A DNA stretch of 64,000 nucleotides from an uncultured Alphaproteobacteria bacterium (GCA_947053455.1 CAMRSV010000001.1:177010-241009), one strand, 5' to 3'; counted from the stretch's first letter, positions 52,602 to 62,582 are shown. The notes: generated by a model not told the origin, from the letters alone. Program-made: numbers and translations.

Positions 52602-53645
52602 TTATCCCTTTACCTGTTTCTTTAACCACGCGTAGTGGCGCATAAATTCCATCCCCGGACCGGCCGGATATCCCATGTGCGTTTCACCATCAGGTACGTT
52701 GCGGAAAACCCCGCTGTTGGCGCCGACCGATGCGTCGTTGCCGATTTTTACACCGTTCGCAAGTCCAACATGCCCGCCGAGCAACACTCGGTCGCCAATA
52801 ACACATCCGCCCGCAATTCCGACGCCCGCCGCCAGAAAACATTCGTTGCCGACAACAACACCGTGCGCAATCTGACATAGGTTGTCTATTTTTGTACCAC
52901 TGCCGATTGTTGTATCCGTCATTGCACCGCGGTCAATGCATGTATTTGCCCCCACCGATACGCGGTCACCCAACACAACACGACCAACGTGTGGAATAAA
53001 TACGTTGTGTCCATCTTGGCGGGTATAGCCGAAGCCATCTTTGCCGATTACTGCGTTGGCATTGATAACACATTCTGCGCCAATGGTTGCGTTTTCAATA
53101 TGCGCGCCGGTCTGTACGATTGTGCCGCGTCCAATTGTAACATTTTTTCCGATATATGCACCGGGGTAAATCTTTACGTCGGGTTCAATAACCGCGCCGC
53201 GTTCAATTGTTGCATATTGTCCTACATAGACCGTCTTTTTATCGCGAAAGAACACGCCGCGCGCGACAGTTGCTTTTCCGCTTATGCCAAAACGCGGTGG
53301 TTCACGGTATATTTCACCCAATATTTTAACGATATTTCCGCGCGGACTGTCTGTTATCAGCAGTGTTGCGCCATTTGGGGCGTTTTTAACCTGTTCCGGT
53401 TGAATTAAAATTACAGTTGCGCGTGTGTTTTTTAATACCTCTATTGGCAGTATTTTAAAAGCCGCACTGTTTCGTTCGGTTGAATAAAATGCCAGTTGTC
53501 CAGGCTTTGCATCCGCAATCGGTGCAACGCCCTTGACAGGGGCATTTGCGTCACCGCGCAGTTCAAGTCCAAATTTTTCCGCCAATGCACCCGCCGTTGT
53601 GGCATTAGCGCGTGGCGTCATCAAAGATTGTATTATTTTTAACAT
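52602..53645 (-). CDS. lpxD: UDP-3-O-(3-hydroxyacyl)glucosamine N-acyltransferase LpxD
   Basis: An N-terminal LpxD domain is followed by extensive hexapeptide repeats. It has the skp-lpxD-fabZ context. The exact start is uncertain. Confidence 0.88.
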   Translation of the reverse strand: MLKIIQSLMTPRANATTAGALAEKFGLELRGDANAPVKGVAPIADAKPGQLAFYSTERNSAAFKILPIEVLKNTRATVILIQPEQVKNAPNGATLLITDSPRGNIVKILGEIYREPPRFGISGKATVARGVFFRDKKTVYVGQYATIERGAVIEPDVKIYPGAYIGKNVTIGRGTIVQTGAHIENATIGAECVINANAVIGKDGFGYTRQDGHNVFIPHVGRVVLGDRVSVGANTCIDRGAMTDTTIGSGTKIDNLCQIAHGVVVGNECFLAAGVGIAGGCVIGDRVLLGGHVGLANGVKIGNDASVGANSGVFRNVPDGETHMGYPAGPGMEFMRHYAWLKKQVKG

Positions 53646-53682
53646 GTTCAAATTATATCTGAAAAAGTTCAAAGTTCAACGA

Positions 53683-53712
53683 TAAAAAAAATCCCCCGTT
53701 TGGGGGATTAAT
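53683..53712 (-). terminator. Rho-independent terminator after skp, upstream of lpxD
   Basis: The hairpin ATCCCCCAAACGGGGGAT is followed by a T-run on the minus strand. Confidence 0.65.
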
Positions 53713-54384
53713 TTAGAAACCTTTCGGTTTTTCCATTTTTACAGTGGAAACTTTTTTATTAAGTGCACTTACCACTTCATTCGTTATGTCCAGATTCTGA
53801 ACATTTTTACCCATACGTGCAAAGCGACCATCAATTACCAGTGACAGGTTTTTCTTTGCAATGACACCTTCAATAATGGGATCTAGATGCTTTTCTTGAA
53901 TTTCGTTCAGCGCCTTTTGGAAAGATACCTCGATGCTCTGTGCGCGTTCGGTCAGTTCGCGTTGCAACTGTGTTACGCGGTTTTGATAATCAACAACGCG
54001 GCGCTGCAATGCTTCGCGGGACAAAACATCTTGGGATTTTTCGATTTCCGCCTTTTCTTTTTCTAGCGCCTTTTGTTCCTTGGTCAGTTCATCGCGCAGT
54101 TTTGTTTCATATGCTTCTTTTTGTTTACGCAAATCCTGCAAGGCTTTTGCCTCTGTTTGAATTGCATCCATACGTATCACTGCCATGCGCAGGTCGGCCC
54201 CGCTTGCCGCGTCGGCATTAACCTCGGTCAGGGATGATTCAACAGATGCCCCACTGCGTGAAGATTGCGATACCGCCCAAACGCCCAATGCAGCGATGAT
54301 AACCACCACAGCCGCGATTATGCCACCACGTGCATATTTCTTTGCCGCCGGATTTACATTTTTTGTGTTTGCCATTATTTCCAT
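53713..54384 (-). CDS. skp: Periplasmic chaperone Skp (OmpH family)
   Basis: It has a signal anchor, a long coiled-coil region and the OmpH C-terminal block (LSLVIDGRFARMG). It lies upstream of lpxD. Confidence 0.75.
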   Translation of the reverse strand: MEIMANTKNVNPAAKKYARGGIIAAVVVIIAALGVWAVSQSSRSGASVESSLTEVNADAASGADLRMAVIRMDAIQTEAKALQDLRKQKEAYETKLRDELTKEQKALEKEKAEIEKSQDVLSREALQRRVVDYQNRVTQLQRELTERAQSIEVSFQKALNEIQEKHLDPIIEGVIAKKNLSLVIDGRFARMGKNVQNLDITNEVVSALNKKVSTVKMEKPKGF

Positions 54385-54456
54385 CCTTTCTTTGTTGTGT
54401 TATAATAAAACTATACCAATAAATTGTTTCCCGTCAAATGGAAAGTTCGCCAAAAT

Positions 54457-55140
54457 TTATCGTGCGGGTGCAATCCGTAATTCAACACGCCGATTGGTAA
54501 GGCGGCCAATGTCATCCTGGGCGGCGATGGGACGCGCGGCGCCACGCGCGGCGATAAACATGCGTGCGGGTGTAATCCCGTGCGTGGCAAAAAACACGGC
54601 AATGCGCTGTGCCATATCCAGCGAAAGTGCGCCCGCCGCCTTTTGGTCGCGCATAGCGTCCGTGTAGCCCGCGATTTCAATGAATGTTGCGTCGTATTTT
54701 TTTAATATTTTTGCAATTATGTCCAAAGTGTTTGCGCCGGTGGCGGAAACCTCGGCTACGTTAAGTTCCATTATTGCATCGCGAACCAGTATAACGACGA
54801 CGTCTGTTCCGGCGCGCTGAACTGAAATGCCCGGTTTGCGCAACCCATCATAAAGCGCGTATTCCAAATTCGCCATGTACTTTAATGTAACTGCGTTATC
54901 GTTGGCAATCTTGTCCCCGTATTCGGTGGCAGCGTTCGTGTTCGCAATGTTTGTAACAATTTTTCCACCCGCCCCGAGATAAACCGGCCGCTTTGCAACG
55001 CGTGCCATTTCTGTCATGTCTGTAAAACTGGCCCCGGCTAGATGTTGCGGCCATGTTTGACGCGGCGGTGTACGGTATTGCGTGCATGCCGAAACGGCTG
55101 CAATCAAAAGAACCCGACAAGATAAATTAAACCAGCGCAT
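54457..55140 (-). CDS. OmpA/MotB-family lipoprotein
   Basis: It has a lipobox (AAVSAC). The C-terminal OmpA-like domain reads EIAGYTDAMRDQKAAGALSLDMAQRIAVF...NRRVELRI. Confidence 0.7.
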   Translation of the reverse strand: MRWFNLSCRVLLIAAVSACTQYRTPPRQTWPQHLAGASFTDMTEMARVAKRPVYLGAGGKIVTNIANTNAATEYGDKIANDNAVTLKYMANLEYALYDGLRKPGISVQRAGTDVVVILVRDAIMELNVAEVSATGANTLDIIAKILKKYDATFIEIAGYTDAMRDQKAAGALSLDMAQRIAVFFATHGITPARMFIAARGAARPIAAQDDIGRLTNRRVELRIAPAR

Positions 55141-55605
55141 TTATTTTACGATAAATGAAATCTCGTTTGTTTTTGTTTCAAAGCAATGTGATGCGGCCTC
55201 GTTCTCAAAACCGTTCACGCGCAGTGATGATACCCATTTTGGCACGGCCGTCGTGAAATATGCGCAGTCACTCTCGCTTAAGCCGACAAGTGTTATTTCA
55301 AATGATTTGCCGTCAACCGCAGATATTATCGACCATGCGTTTGTACCCAATGGTGCCGCGCCATTTTGTACCGCGTCTGACCCGGACTTTATCAGATAGT
55401 CAATCGACACGCCGTCATAAGAACCGCCTGTCTCCATCAGCATTTTTACGTCATTTGCGATTTCTTCAAGACGCGAAGATGCAATTTGACGACGCGTTGT
55501 ATTTTTTACCGTTTCATACATCTTGTATGCGCCCAATATCATCATGCCCGATATTGCAAGGACACCGACCACTTCTATTAAAGAACGCCCGCATTCTGAT
55601 TTCAT
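55141..55605 (-). CDS. Type IV pilin/pseudopilin-like protein (prepilin-type N-terminal signal)
   Basis: The N-terminus MKSECG|RSLIEVVGVLAISGMMILGAY has Gly at -1, Glu at +5 and a hydrophobic helix, which is the class III signal pattern. It abuts the OmpA-like gene and lies downstream of dnaX. Confidence 0.6.
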   Translation of the reverse strand: MKSECGRSLIEVVGVLAISGMMILGAYKMYETVKNTTRRQIASSRLEEIANDVKMLMETGGSYDGVSIDYLIKSGSDAVQNGAAPLGTNAWSIISAVDGKSFEITLVGLSESDCAYFTTAVPKWVSSLRVNGFENEAASHCFETKTNEISFIVK

Positions 55606-55620
55606 TTTTTGCCCCGTATT

Positions 55621-57195
55621 TTATTTTCCGACACTTATAATTTGTGCATCTTCAAACAGACTCATCGCGCTGGACACCATCGGGTCGGCCTCTAACTCGG
55701 CACGGTTTTGTTCGGTGATTGTTTGGGTGTTTTCCGATTTTTCTGCGCGCACTAGATGCCATGCGTGGCCTGTTTTTTCCAACAACCATTTAGCCAGTTT
55801 TGATGCAAAATCCGCATCGTTTGCACGATCGAAATATTTTATTTCGCCGTCTGAAAATTCCACAATCTCTATATTGCTGCTGTAATAGGAATAGAGCAGG
55901 ATTTCCTTTGCCGCCTGCAGTTTCGCGGCAAGTTCCGCGCCAGATGAAATCGTAACTGTTTCAGGTGTGCCCTTTGCCGATTCCGGATTTTTTGTATTCT
56001 CGCATGTGTCCGGTGTTTCGCGTGGTGTGGTTGTACGCGGTGCGGCTGTTGCGCCTTCGCGGCGTAATATTTCAGGCACCGACGGCAAATCCGCAATGTG
56101 CATCAATCGCACAACCAACATGTCAAAGCATTGCTTTTGATTCCCGGTTGCCTGCATTTCAGGTACGGCCGCAACCATAACCTGCCATATTCGCGACAGT
56201 GTATTAAGCGTTACATGGGAATTGATTTCGCGAATCTTATCGCGTTGATCTGCGGTGTACGGCGACGCATCGGCGTCGCCGGCCCGCAACGCCGGATGCA
56301 TACGTGTCGCCCAGTGTGTCCATTCCATCATATCGGTAAGCAACATTGCCAAATCCGCGCCGTTGTTATAAATTTGATCAACTTTGTTCAGCGCCGCCGC
56401 CGCGTCGCCGGACAGCAGCGTTTTCATCAGGTCGACAACCACGCCACGATCCGCGCGTTTTAGCATGTCAAGCACAGCGTTTTCATCAACCTTGCCGCCT
56501 GTTTGTGCGATTGCCTGATCCAACAATGACAATCCGTCACGAACCGAGCCATCCGCCGCCCGTGCCAGTAATTCGTTCGCCGCATCCGACAGTTCTATTT
56601 TTTCTTGTTCCGCAATCCATTTGAAATGTTTTTTTAATGTTTCAACTGGAACACGAACTAGGTCGAAACGCTGGCATCTGGACAGAATGGTTACCGGAAC
56701 CTTTCTTATTTCTGTTGTCGCCAGAATGAATATTACGTGGGCTGGTGGTTCCTCTAATGTTTTTAGCAGGGCGTTGAATGCACTGGTCGATAACATGTGG
56801 ACTTCGTCGATTATATAAACCTTGTACCGGCCATTTGTCGGGCGGTACTGCGCCGCGTCAAGAATATCGCGCATATTGTCAACGCCCGTGTGGGACGCGG
56901 CGTCGATTTCCATTACGTCAATATGTTGGCCACTGGCGATTGCGCGACAATTTTCGCATACGCCGCACGGTGTGGCCGTTGCCCGGTCGCCCGACAGGCA
57001 GTTTAACGCCTTGGCCAGGATTCGCGCAGTACTGGTTTTTCCGGTGCCGCGAATGCCGGTAAATATATATGCGTGTGCAATGCGCGATGTGTTTATCGCA
57101 GTCGTCAGGGTTTTGACCAGAACATCCTGGCCGATAAGGGATTGAAAATCTTGGCTGCGGTATTTTCGGGCCAAAACAGTGTAATTGCTATCCAT
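55621..57195 (-). CDS. dnaX: DNA polymerase III subunit gamma/tau
   Basis: An AAA+ clamp-loader module (GIRGTGKTSTARILAKALNC) and a Zn module (CGVCENC) are present. At 524 aa it is shorter than the E. coli tau subunit. Confidence 0.92.
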   Translation of the reverse strand: MDSNYTVLARKYRSQDFQSLIGQDVLVKTLTTAINTSRIAHAYIFTGIRGTGKTSTARILAKALNCLSGDRATATPCGVCENCRAIASGQHIDVMEIDAASHTGVDNMRDILDAAQYRPTNGRYKVYIIDEVHMLSTSAFNALLKTLEEPPAHVIFILATTEIRKVPVTILSRCQRFDLVRVPVETLKKHFKWIAEQEKIELSDAANELLARAADGSVRDGLSLLDQAIAQTGGKVDENAVLDMLKRADRGVVVDLMKTLLSGDAAAALNKVDQIYNNGADLAMLLTDMMEWTHWATRMHPALRAGDADASPYTADQRDKIREINSHVTLNTLSRIWQVMVAAVPEMQATGNQKQCFDMLVVRLMHIADLPSVPEILRREGATAAPRTTTPRETPDTCENTKNPESAKGTPETVTISSGAELAAKLQAAKEILLYSYYSSNIEIVEFSDGEIKYFDRANDADFASKLAKWLLEKTGHAWHLVRAEKSENTQTITEQNRAELEADPMVSSAMSLFEDAQIISVGK

Positions 57196-57274
57196 GCTTG
57201 AAACTTCCTTTGCCCACAGGATAGCAAACCCCTGTTAAATTTCAACAATTAAAAAGATTAAATCTGGCGATGTT

Positions 57275-57562
57275 TTATTTCAGGTTTTCAACGAATTCCG
57301 GGAACGGTTCTTCTTCGTCTGCGGCATCAACCGGTTGTTCTGCGATTGGTGTTTTGTCGGCCGGCGTGCGTGTCGAATCAATCTTTCCCTGTTCGCTGCT
57401 GACCATGCGGCCATAATGTTCGGCCGACTGCAGCAGGCGTTCGCGGTCAATTTCATCCGCGGTTTGACGTGCCTGGTCAATAAGTTGTTTGCGTTTTTGG
57501 CGCCATTTGTGACACCGCTGAATCATCATCCCGACAGAGGATTGGTTTTTTTTGTTTTGCAT
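57275..57562 (-). CDS. DUF4167-like small basic protein conserved in alphaproteobacteria
   Basis: It has an Arg/Lys-rich N-terminus and the LLQSAEHYGRM block, which resembles the DUF4167 motif YLQHAEHYFR. The C-terminus is acidic. Confidence 0.45.
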   Translation of the reverse strand: MQNKKNQSSVGMMIQRCHKWRQKRKQLIDQARQTADEIDRERLLQSAEHYGRMVSSEQGKIDSTRTPADKTPIAEQPVDAADEEEPFPEFVENLK

Positions 57563-57709
57563 GTTTTTTCTTTGTTAACAGGAAATATATTTAATGCCGG
57601 ATTATACCGCCATCGTTTCTTTAACAGTCGCAATAATAGTTTATCGGAAAACCAATTGCAATATTTTTTTTCAATTGCTATTCTACAAATATGTAGGAGG
57701 GAAGCCATA

Positions 57710-59068
57710 TTGCATTATTCGCGTGGGAATTTTTTATTGCAGGCGCTGCTGGCATTGTCGGTGGTGTTTGCAATTGTGCCGTTTCTGACGATGCGAATGA
57801 CCAACAGTGCATCCGATGCAAAAATGTTTTCCGCCACGCAACAGGCGAATGTGGCAGCCACAGCCGCACGAATTTTTATCCGTGAAAACGCAAAAAATAT
57901 TCCGTACGATACCGTTGTTGTTGCAGGTGACGAGTTTGGTGATTTGTTGGAACCTTATGGATTGCCATTGGGGTTTGTACCGCGGACAAGTCTGGGACAG
58001 AATATCGCGCTTGTCATCGAAAACGACAATGGCGAAATTTCTGCACATTTGGAATTGACGGGTGGGAATTTAAGTCGGCTTGCGAGAGCCGAACTGGCGC
58101 GGCGCATTGGTTTTTATGCGGTGCCGACGGCAGATGGCGTTAATGTTGGAATTGCGCTGGAGAATATGTATTCAGATATTGTGCGTCGTAATGAACCAGA
58201 TGTCGACAATAACGAATTTTTAACCAATTTGGACATGGGGGGATTTGTGTTTGAGGACGCCGGCCGTGTTTTTGCCGCCCGCGGTGATTTTGAAACGGGC
58301 GTGTTTGACACATTAGCGGTGACCGGCGTAGAAAACGGCCGAAAAATAAGAAATACAATTAATCGGATGGCCGCAACAAAAACAGTTTTCCAAAGTAAAA
58401 CCGGCGAGGCTGCACTATCTTTGACGCGTGGCACCCTAAATGCAGCCACAGTCGGGGCACGTACGGTTTCAAAATTTGGCGATACGGGCAATTTTACCGG
58501 GCGGGTGGCATCGGTCTATGATTTTTCAATGACGGCCGGGCGTACCAGTTTTTCCGGACCAAAAGATTGGAAAGTGCGCGGAAATATGATTGCGGACAAA
58601 ATAAACTTTTCCGTCGATAGAATAGATATATCATCATCTATAAATGCTGCCCGTGGCCAGGATGTTTACATATACACCGACGAATTGGAATACAGCGCCC
58701 GCAGCGGTATAGAGGCGTCTTATTTGGCGGTGTCAAATATCACGTTGCGCGACCAGACGTCAGATGCGTTGCTGCGCGGGGAAGATGGTGCGGTCGTGAT
58801 TGACATACGTCCGGCCGATGTGTCTGTTTTGCCGGATGTTTTGCTCGATTCCATAGACAATGGTTCTTTTAAAATTATTTCGCGCCCATCGGCCGATGAT
58901 GGTAAAACCGTTGACTGTAAAAGTATTATTTCCGCAATTGGCGGTGTGGTATATAATCAAAAATCGCTGGCGCAGAATATAATATGCCAGTATGTATTTT
59001 GGCAGCGTTTGGAACAAAGAATAGATATTAAACAATGCTTGATGGCCGGCGGGACAAATTGTGACTAG
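57710..59068 (+). CDS. Large pilin-like/pseudopilin-like protein, paralog 1 (prepilin-type N-terminus)
   Basis: It has a TTG start with an AGGAGGG ribosome-binding site. The N-terminus (M)HYSRG|NFLLQALLALSVVFAIVPF is followed by about 420 aa with no family assigned. It shares the L-x-M-GG-x block (NLDMGGFVFEDAGRVF) with the next two genes. Confidence 0.5.
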   Translation: MHYSRGNFLLQALLALSVVFAIVPFLTMRMTNSASDAKMFSATQQANVAATAARIFIRENAKNIPYDTVVVAGDEFGDLLEPYGLPLGFVPRTSLGQNIALVIENDNGEISAHLELTGGNLSRLARAELARRIGFYAVPTADGVNVGIALENMYSDIVRRNEPDVDNNEFLTNLDMGGFVFEDAGRVFAARGDFETGVFDTLAVTGVENGRKIRNTINRMAATKTVFQSKTGEAALSLTRGTLNAATVGARTVSKFGDTGNFTGRVASVYDFSMTAGRTSFSGPKDWKVRGNMIADKINFSVDRIDISSSINAARGQDVYIYTDELEYSARSGIEASYLAVSNITLRDQTSDALLRGEDGAVVIDIRPADVSVLPDVLLDSIDNGSFKIISRPSADDGKTVDCKSIISAIGGVVYNQKSLAQNIICQYVFWQRLEQRIDIKQCLMAGGTNCD

Positions 59069-60266
59069 AACGACGATTTTTTTCAATGAAACACTTGGCG
59101 CCAGCATGCTGGAGGTGATTCTTGCGCTGGCGATTGTGGCTGTGGCATCACCCTTTGTATACAATAAAATAATACAGACGAACCATGATATTGAAAACAT
59201 GGTGCGTGCCCGTGATATTGCCGCGTTGCGCAGTCCTGTCTTGAATTTTGTTCGTATAAACCAGGACAAGTGGCCCGAAACAGCCCAGATTAAACTGTCG
59301 GATGCGGAATTGGATGAAATATCTGACACTGCCACGGCGGCGTTTGTTGACAAGTATTCTGTCCGTGGGGCGGCCGTGGCGGATGTTTATATTTCGTTTG
59401 ATGCGGAAAATCCGGTTCGTGCAAACCGTATTGTGCGCTATATCGGTGCTGATGCGGCTGTTGTTGGTGACGACGGCGTGGCGTATTCCGACACGTGGGC
59501 GGTGGCGGCTCCTGATTTTAAGACTGGAAACATTATATACAGAATATCGCGTGCGACTGCGGATGACGACAAGACAAAATATTTGCATCGCGCATCGTCT
59601 GGCGATGACGGCCTTAACATCATGATGCGTGATTTGCGAATGGGTGGATATAATGTATTGAATGTTGGACGGGTTGTGGCGTCATCCGCCAAGGTGGGCG
59701 ATGTGTCAACGTATTTTGTGGCCTCTGATGATGTTATGGCGAACAATGCCTATTTTTCAAATGGCGCAAATATGGATGGTTCAAATGTTTCGGTCGGCGA
59801 AATGCAGGTTTCGGGTGATATAACCGGCTTTAGAAATATTTATGCAGACAATTTGAACGGTGGCGCATTTACAACACGGGGGCGTGTTATTGCAGATCGT
59901 GCAACAGTGACAAATTCAGTTAACGTTGGCGGAAATTTTTCTTTGAAATCAAGCACTACGCGTACAATTAGCGGTTTTACCACCATAGAGGCGCATTCGG
60001 TTGCGACGCCATATATTTCAGTGGAAGAAATGACTTTTATTGAAAAGGTGGGACTTACCGTGTCTGGGGAATTGATGGTATCGACAACGCCGCCATTAAA
60101 GATAGGCAGCTGGGTCTTTCCGTCAACCAGCGCGCCGCGCTTTGCTGATTTTTCATTATCACGCGCCGAGATTCCAGATACGCCCACCACAGACGAGTTT
60201 GATATATTGTTTCACGCCGGATGGCGTGCATATAATCCAGATAATCTAGAGGGGACGCAACTATGA
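59061..60266 (+). CDS. Large pilin-like/pseudopilin-like protein, paralog 2
   Basis: It has a GTG start overlapping the upstream stop. The N-terminus NETLG|ASMLEVILALAIVAVASPFV has Gly at -1 and Glu at +5. It carries the shared block DLRMGGYNVLNVGRVV. Confidence 0.55.
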   Translation: MTRTTIFFNETLGASMLEVILALAIVAVASPFVYNKIIQTNHDIENMVRARDIAALRSPVLNFVRINQDKWPETAQIKLSDAELDEISDTATAAFVDKYSVRGAAVADVYISFDAENPVRANRIVRYIGADAAVVGDDGVAYSDTWAVAAPDFKTGNIIYRISRATADDDKTKYLHRASSGDDGLNIMMRDLRMGGYNVLNVGRVVASSAKVGDVSTYFVASDDVMANNAYFSNGANMDGSNVSVGEMQVSGDITGFRNIYADNLNGGAFTTRGRVIADRATVTNSVNVGGNFSLKSSTTRTISGFTTIEAHSVATPYISVEEMTFIEKVGLTVSGELMVSTTPPLKIGSWVFPSTSAPRFADFSLSRAEIPDTPTTDEFDILFHAGWRAYNPDNLEGTQL

Positions 60267-61585
60267 AAAAAGCGCGCACCATGTTTTCCATGACAGGTTG
60301 CAAAACCTCGCAACGTGGCAGTATGTTGGTTGAAATGCTGCTGTCGGTGGCGTTGGCGGCAATAATTATTCCATTTGTTTTCAGGTATCAGCATAACGTA
60401 ATTGCCCGCGCAAAAAATATTGAGGTCGCACAGCGAATGGAAACGGTTCAAACTGCGCTGGAACGGTATATTGTCGAAAATCGTGCCTCTTTGCTAAATA
60501 CAGTTGGGCGTAATATAACGCGTGTTCAGCTTGCCGATTTGGTGCCCTATGGTCTGCCGGAAGATATATTGAATTCATCGGCCGAATATCAATTGCGTAT
60601 TTTGAAATCAAATGATGTTGGCACTCAGTCAACCCTACAGGGGGTGGTTGTAATGTCCGATGCCAATATCACGCCGCTGCGCACGCGTGAAATTGTAATG
60701 ATGGGCGGAAATAATATGGGATTTATTGAGGGGCGGCATGCATATGGTGCATTTGGCGCATGGCGTTCAGATACGGTTGACCTGGGACTCGGCGGCGCCC
60801 AGGGCATTGTGGGTTCAACCGGTGTTAATCGCGATAACGCGCTGTATTTATGGCGTGTACCGTCAAATGACGCGGACGATGCGACAATGATGTCGGCGTT
60901 AAATCTGGGTGGCCATGATATAGAAAACGCCAGTTTCTTTGATGTTTCCAATGTTAATTTTAGCGAAAATATGCATTCGGGGACACTTGTTGCGTCCAAT
61001 ATTATTTTTCAAAATCGCACGACAATAGACACCACGTTTGAAACAAAATCGGCGCGCGTGGCGGGTGCATTGTCGGCTGATTCGCGCACAATGGAAATTT
61101 CAGGGGCGCTAAAGTTGGATGATTTGGGAAAGTTTTCTAGTTTTTCGGTCGAAGATTTGTGGGTCGGCAATCTATCTCTTTCGGGGCTGACGGTAAACAG
61201 TGATGAAGATGTCGCGAACTTGAAAATAAATCAGACCTTGGATATGACCGGGGGGCGGATAAGCGCGCTGTACGCAACCGTTGGTTTTTCCGGTTCGATA
61301 ACACCGCGTCTGGTTGTAACTAACCTTATTGAAGATTCAATTAACCCGGAATATTTTTGGGATGCAGACTGGCGCGCGGCACATTTTTTTGATGTGTCTT
61401 TTCCGAATCTGAACGATATGGCGACCCGCGCCGTAGCCCGCGAAGGTGATAAATCCACCGCATCATCGCAGTTGTTCGGTGCGGTTGTTGCAAACAAAAA
61501 TGCAACCGCGGCGGATTTTATGAACGCATTGTTAGAAATTGAATCACGCGTTCGTGCGAAATATCGCCTGTTGAATTTGGAATAA
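60263..61585 (+). CDS. Large pilin-like/pseudopilin-like protein, paralog 3
   Basis: The N-terminus QRG|SMLVEMLLSVALAAIIIPFV has Gly at -1 and Glu at +5 and is clearly similar to paralog 2. It carries the shared block ALNLGGHDIENASFF. It overlaps the upstream gene by 4 nt. Confidence 0.55.
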   Translation: MKKARTMFSMTGCKTSQRGSMLVEMLLSVALAAIIIPFVFRYQHNVIARAKNIEVAQRMETVQTALERYIVENRASLLNTVGRNITRVQLADLVPYGLPEDILNSSAEYQLRILKSNDVGTQSTLQGVVVMSDANITPLRTREIVMMGGNNMGFIEGRHAYGAFGAWRSDTVDLGLGGAQGIVGSTGVNRDNALYLWRVPSNDADDATMMSALNLGGHDIENASFFDVSNVNFSENMHSGTLVASNIIFQNRTTIDTTFETKSARVAGALSADSRTMEISGALKLDDLGKFSSFSVEDLWVGNLSLSGLTVNSDEDVANLKINQTLDMTGGRISALYATVGFSGSITPRLVVTNLIEDSINPEYFWDADWRAAHFFDVSFPNLNDMATRAVAREGDKSTASSQLFGAVVANKNATAADFMNALLEIESRVRAKYRLLNLE

Positions 61586-61605
61586 TTTGTGGTATAAGTG
61601 AAGAT

Positions 61606-62121
61606 ATGAAAATAAAATGTGACTTTTGCAAGACGGAATATGCGCTGGATAAAGTTCAGGGGGGCGCCGTCAAATGCGCGGTTTGTGGCCATGTGTGGAA
61701 CGTAACGGTGCCCGCACGGCGTAATGCGTTTTTGACATTTGTTGCGGCGTTGTGCGCGCTGCTATCGGCGATTGTATTTGCGGTCGCGGTGGTCGCGTCG
61801 CATCATTCGGATGCGCGGGATGTGCGGCCGTTGGTGGCACGTGTTTCACAAATTCGCACAACGACAGATGACGCGGGGGTTGCCCACCTGACGGTTGACG
61901 GCGCGATTGTTAACCAGTCTGATGATATATATGGCGTCCCGGATTTGATAATTGTTTCACGGGACAAGAACGGAAATGAAATCGCGCGACAAAAATTTAT
62001 GCCGTCGGCAACGCTGCTGTCGCCGGGGGCGGTGGCGCCGTTTTCCCATACACTTGCGGCGCCTGCTGTGGGTGTTCACCGGGTGACGATTGAAATGCCG
62101 GACATAGGGGGGATGATATGA
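61606..62121 (+). CDS. MJ0042-type zinc-ribbon membrane protein (DUF3426-like architecture)
   Basis: An N-terminal Zn ribbon CDFC...CAVCGH is followed by one TM helix and a periplasmic beta-rich domain. Confidence 0.5.
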   Translation: MKIKCDFCKTEYALDKVQGGAVKCAVCGHVWNVTVPARRNAFLTFVAALCALLSAIVFAVAVVASHHSDARDVRPLVARVSQIRTTTDDAGVAHLTVDGAIVNQSDDIYGVPDLIIVSRDKNGNEIARQKFMPSATLLSPGAVAPFSHTLAAPAVGVHRVTIEMPDIGGMI

Positions 62122-62582
62122 AGCGCTTTGGCCTGTTATTGTTTTATGTGTTTTTCTGCGCTGCCCACGCCGCAGATGAGAAGCCCGTTGTCCGCCGTGT
62201 CAGTATTTTTTCCACCAGCACCGACTGGGAGGCTGTGACAGGTCTGCAATTGTCGGAATACAAGGGAAAATTTATAACAGATTCAAAACTGGTTGGTAAT
62301 AAGGGACTAGTTTTATATTATCTGGACGGGTTTCCGTGCTATGGCCTGGGCGAGGGGGTGCGTGTCTGGATTGACCCAAAGGGTCGTGCCGACAATGATT
62401 TAAGGATAGTATGTCTGCGTCCGCCAAAGGAGATAAATTTTGCATGGCGCAATATGGCAAACGATGGTGTGCAACGGGCGACGACGGGGCTTTTGCGGTG
62501 TCCAGTATCAGACGATGGTCGTGATTTAACAATTGATTTGAAAAAATGTGCCAAGGGTCCTGATTGGCCGGAATATGAATAG
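62118..62582 (+). CDS. Hypothetical secreted protein
   Basis: It has a signal peptide (MKRFGLLLFYVFFCAAHA). It overlaps the upstream gene by 4 nt. No family was assigned. Confidence 0.45.
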   Translation: MKRFGLLLFYVFFCAAHAADEKPVVRRVSIFSTSTDWEAVTGLQLSEYKGKFITDSKLVGNKGLVLYYLDGFPCYGLGEGVRVWIDPKGRADNDLRIVCLRPPKEINFAWRNMANDGVQRATTGLLRCPVSDDGRDLTIDLKKCAKGPDWPEYE

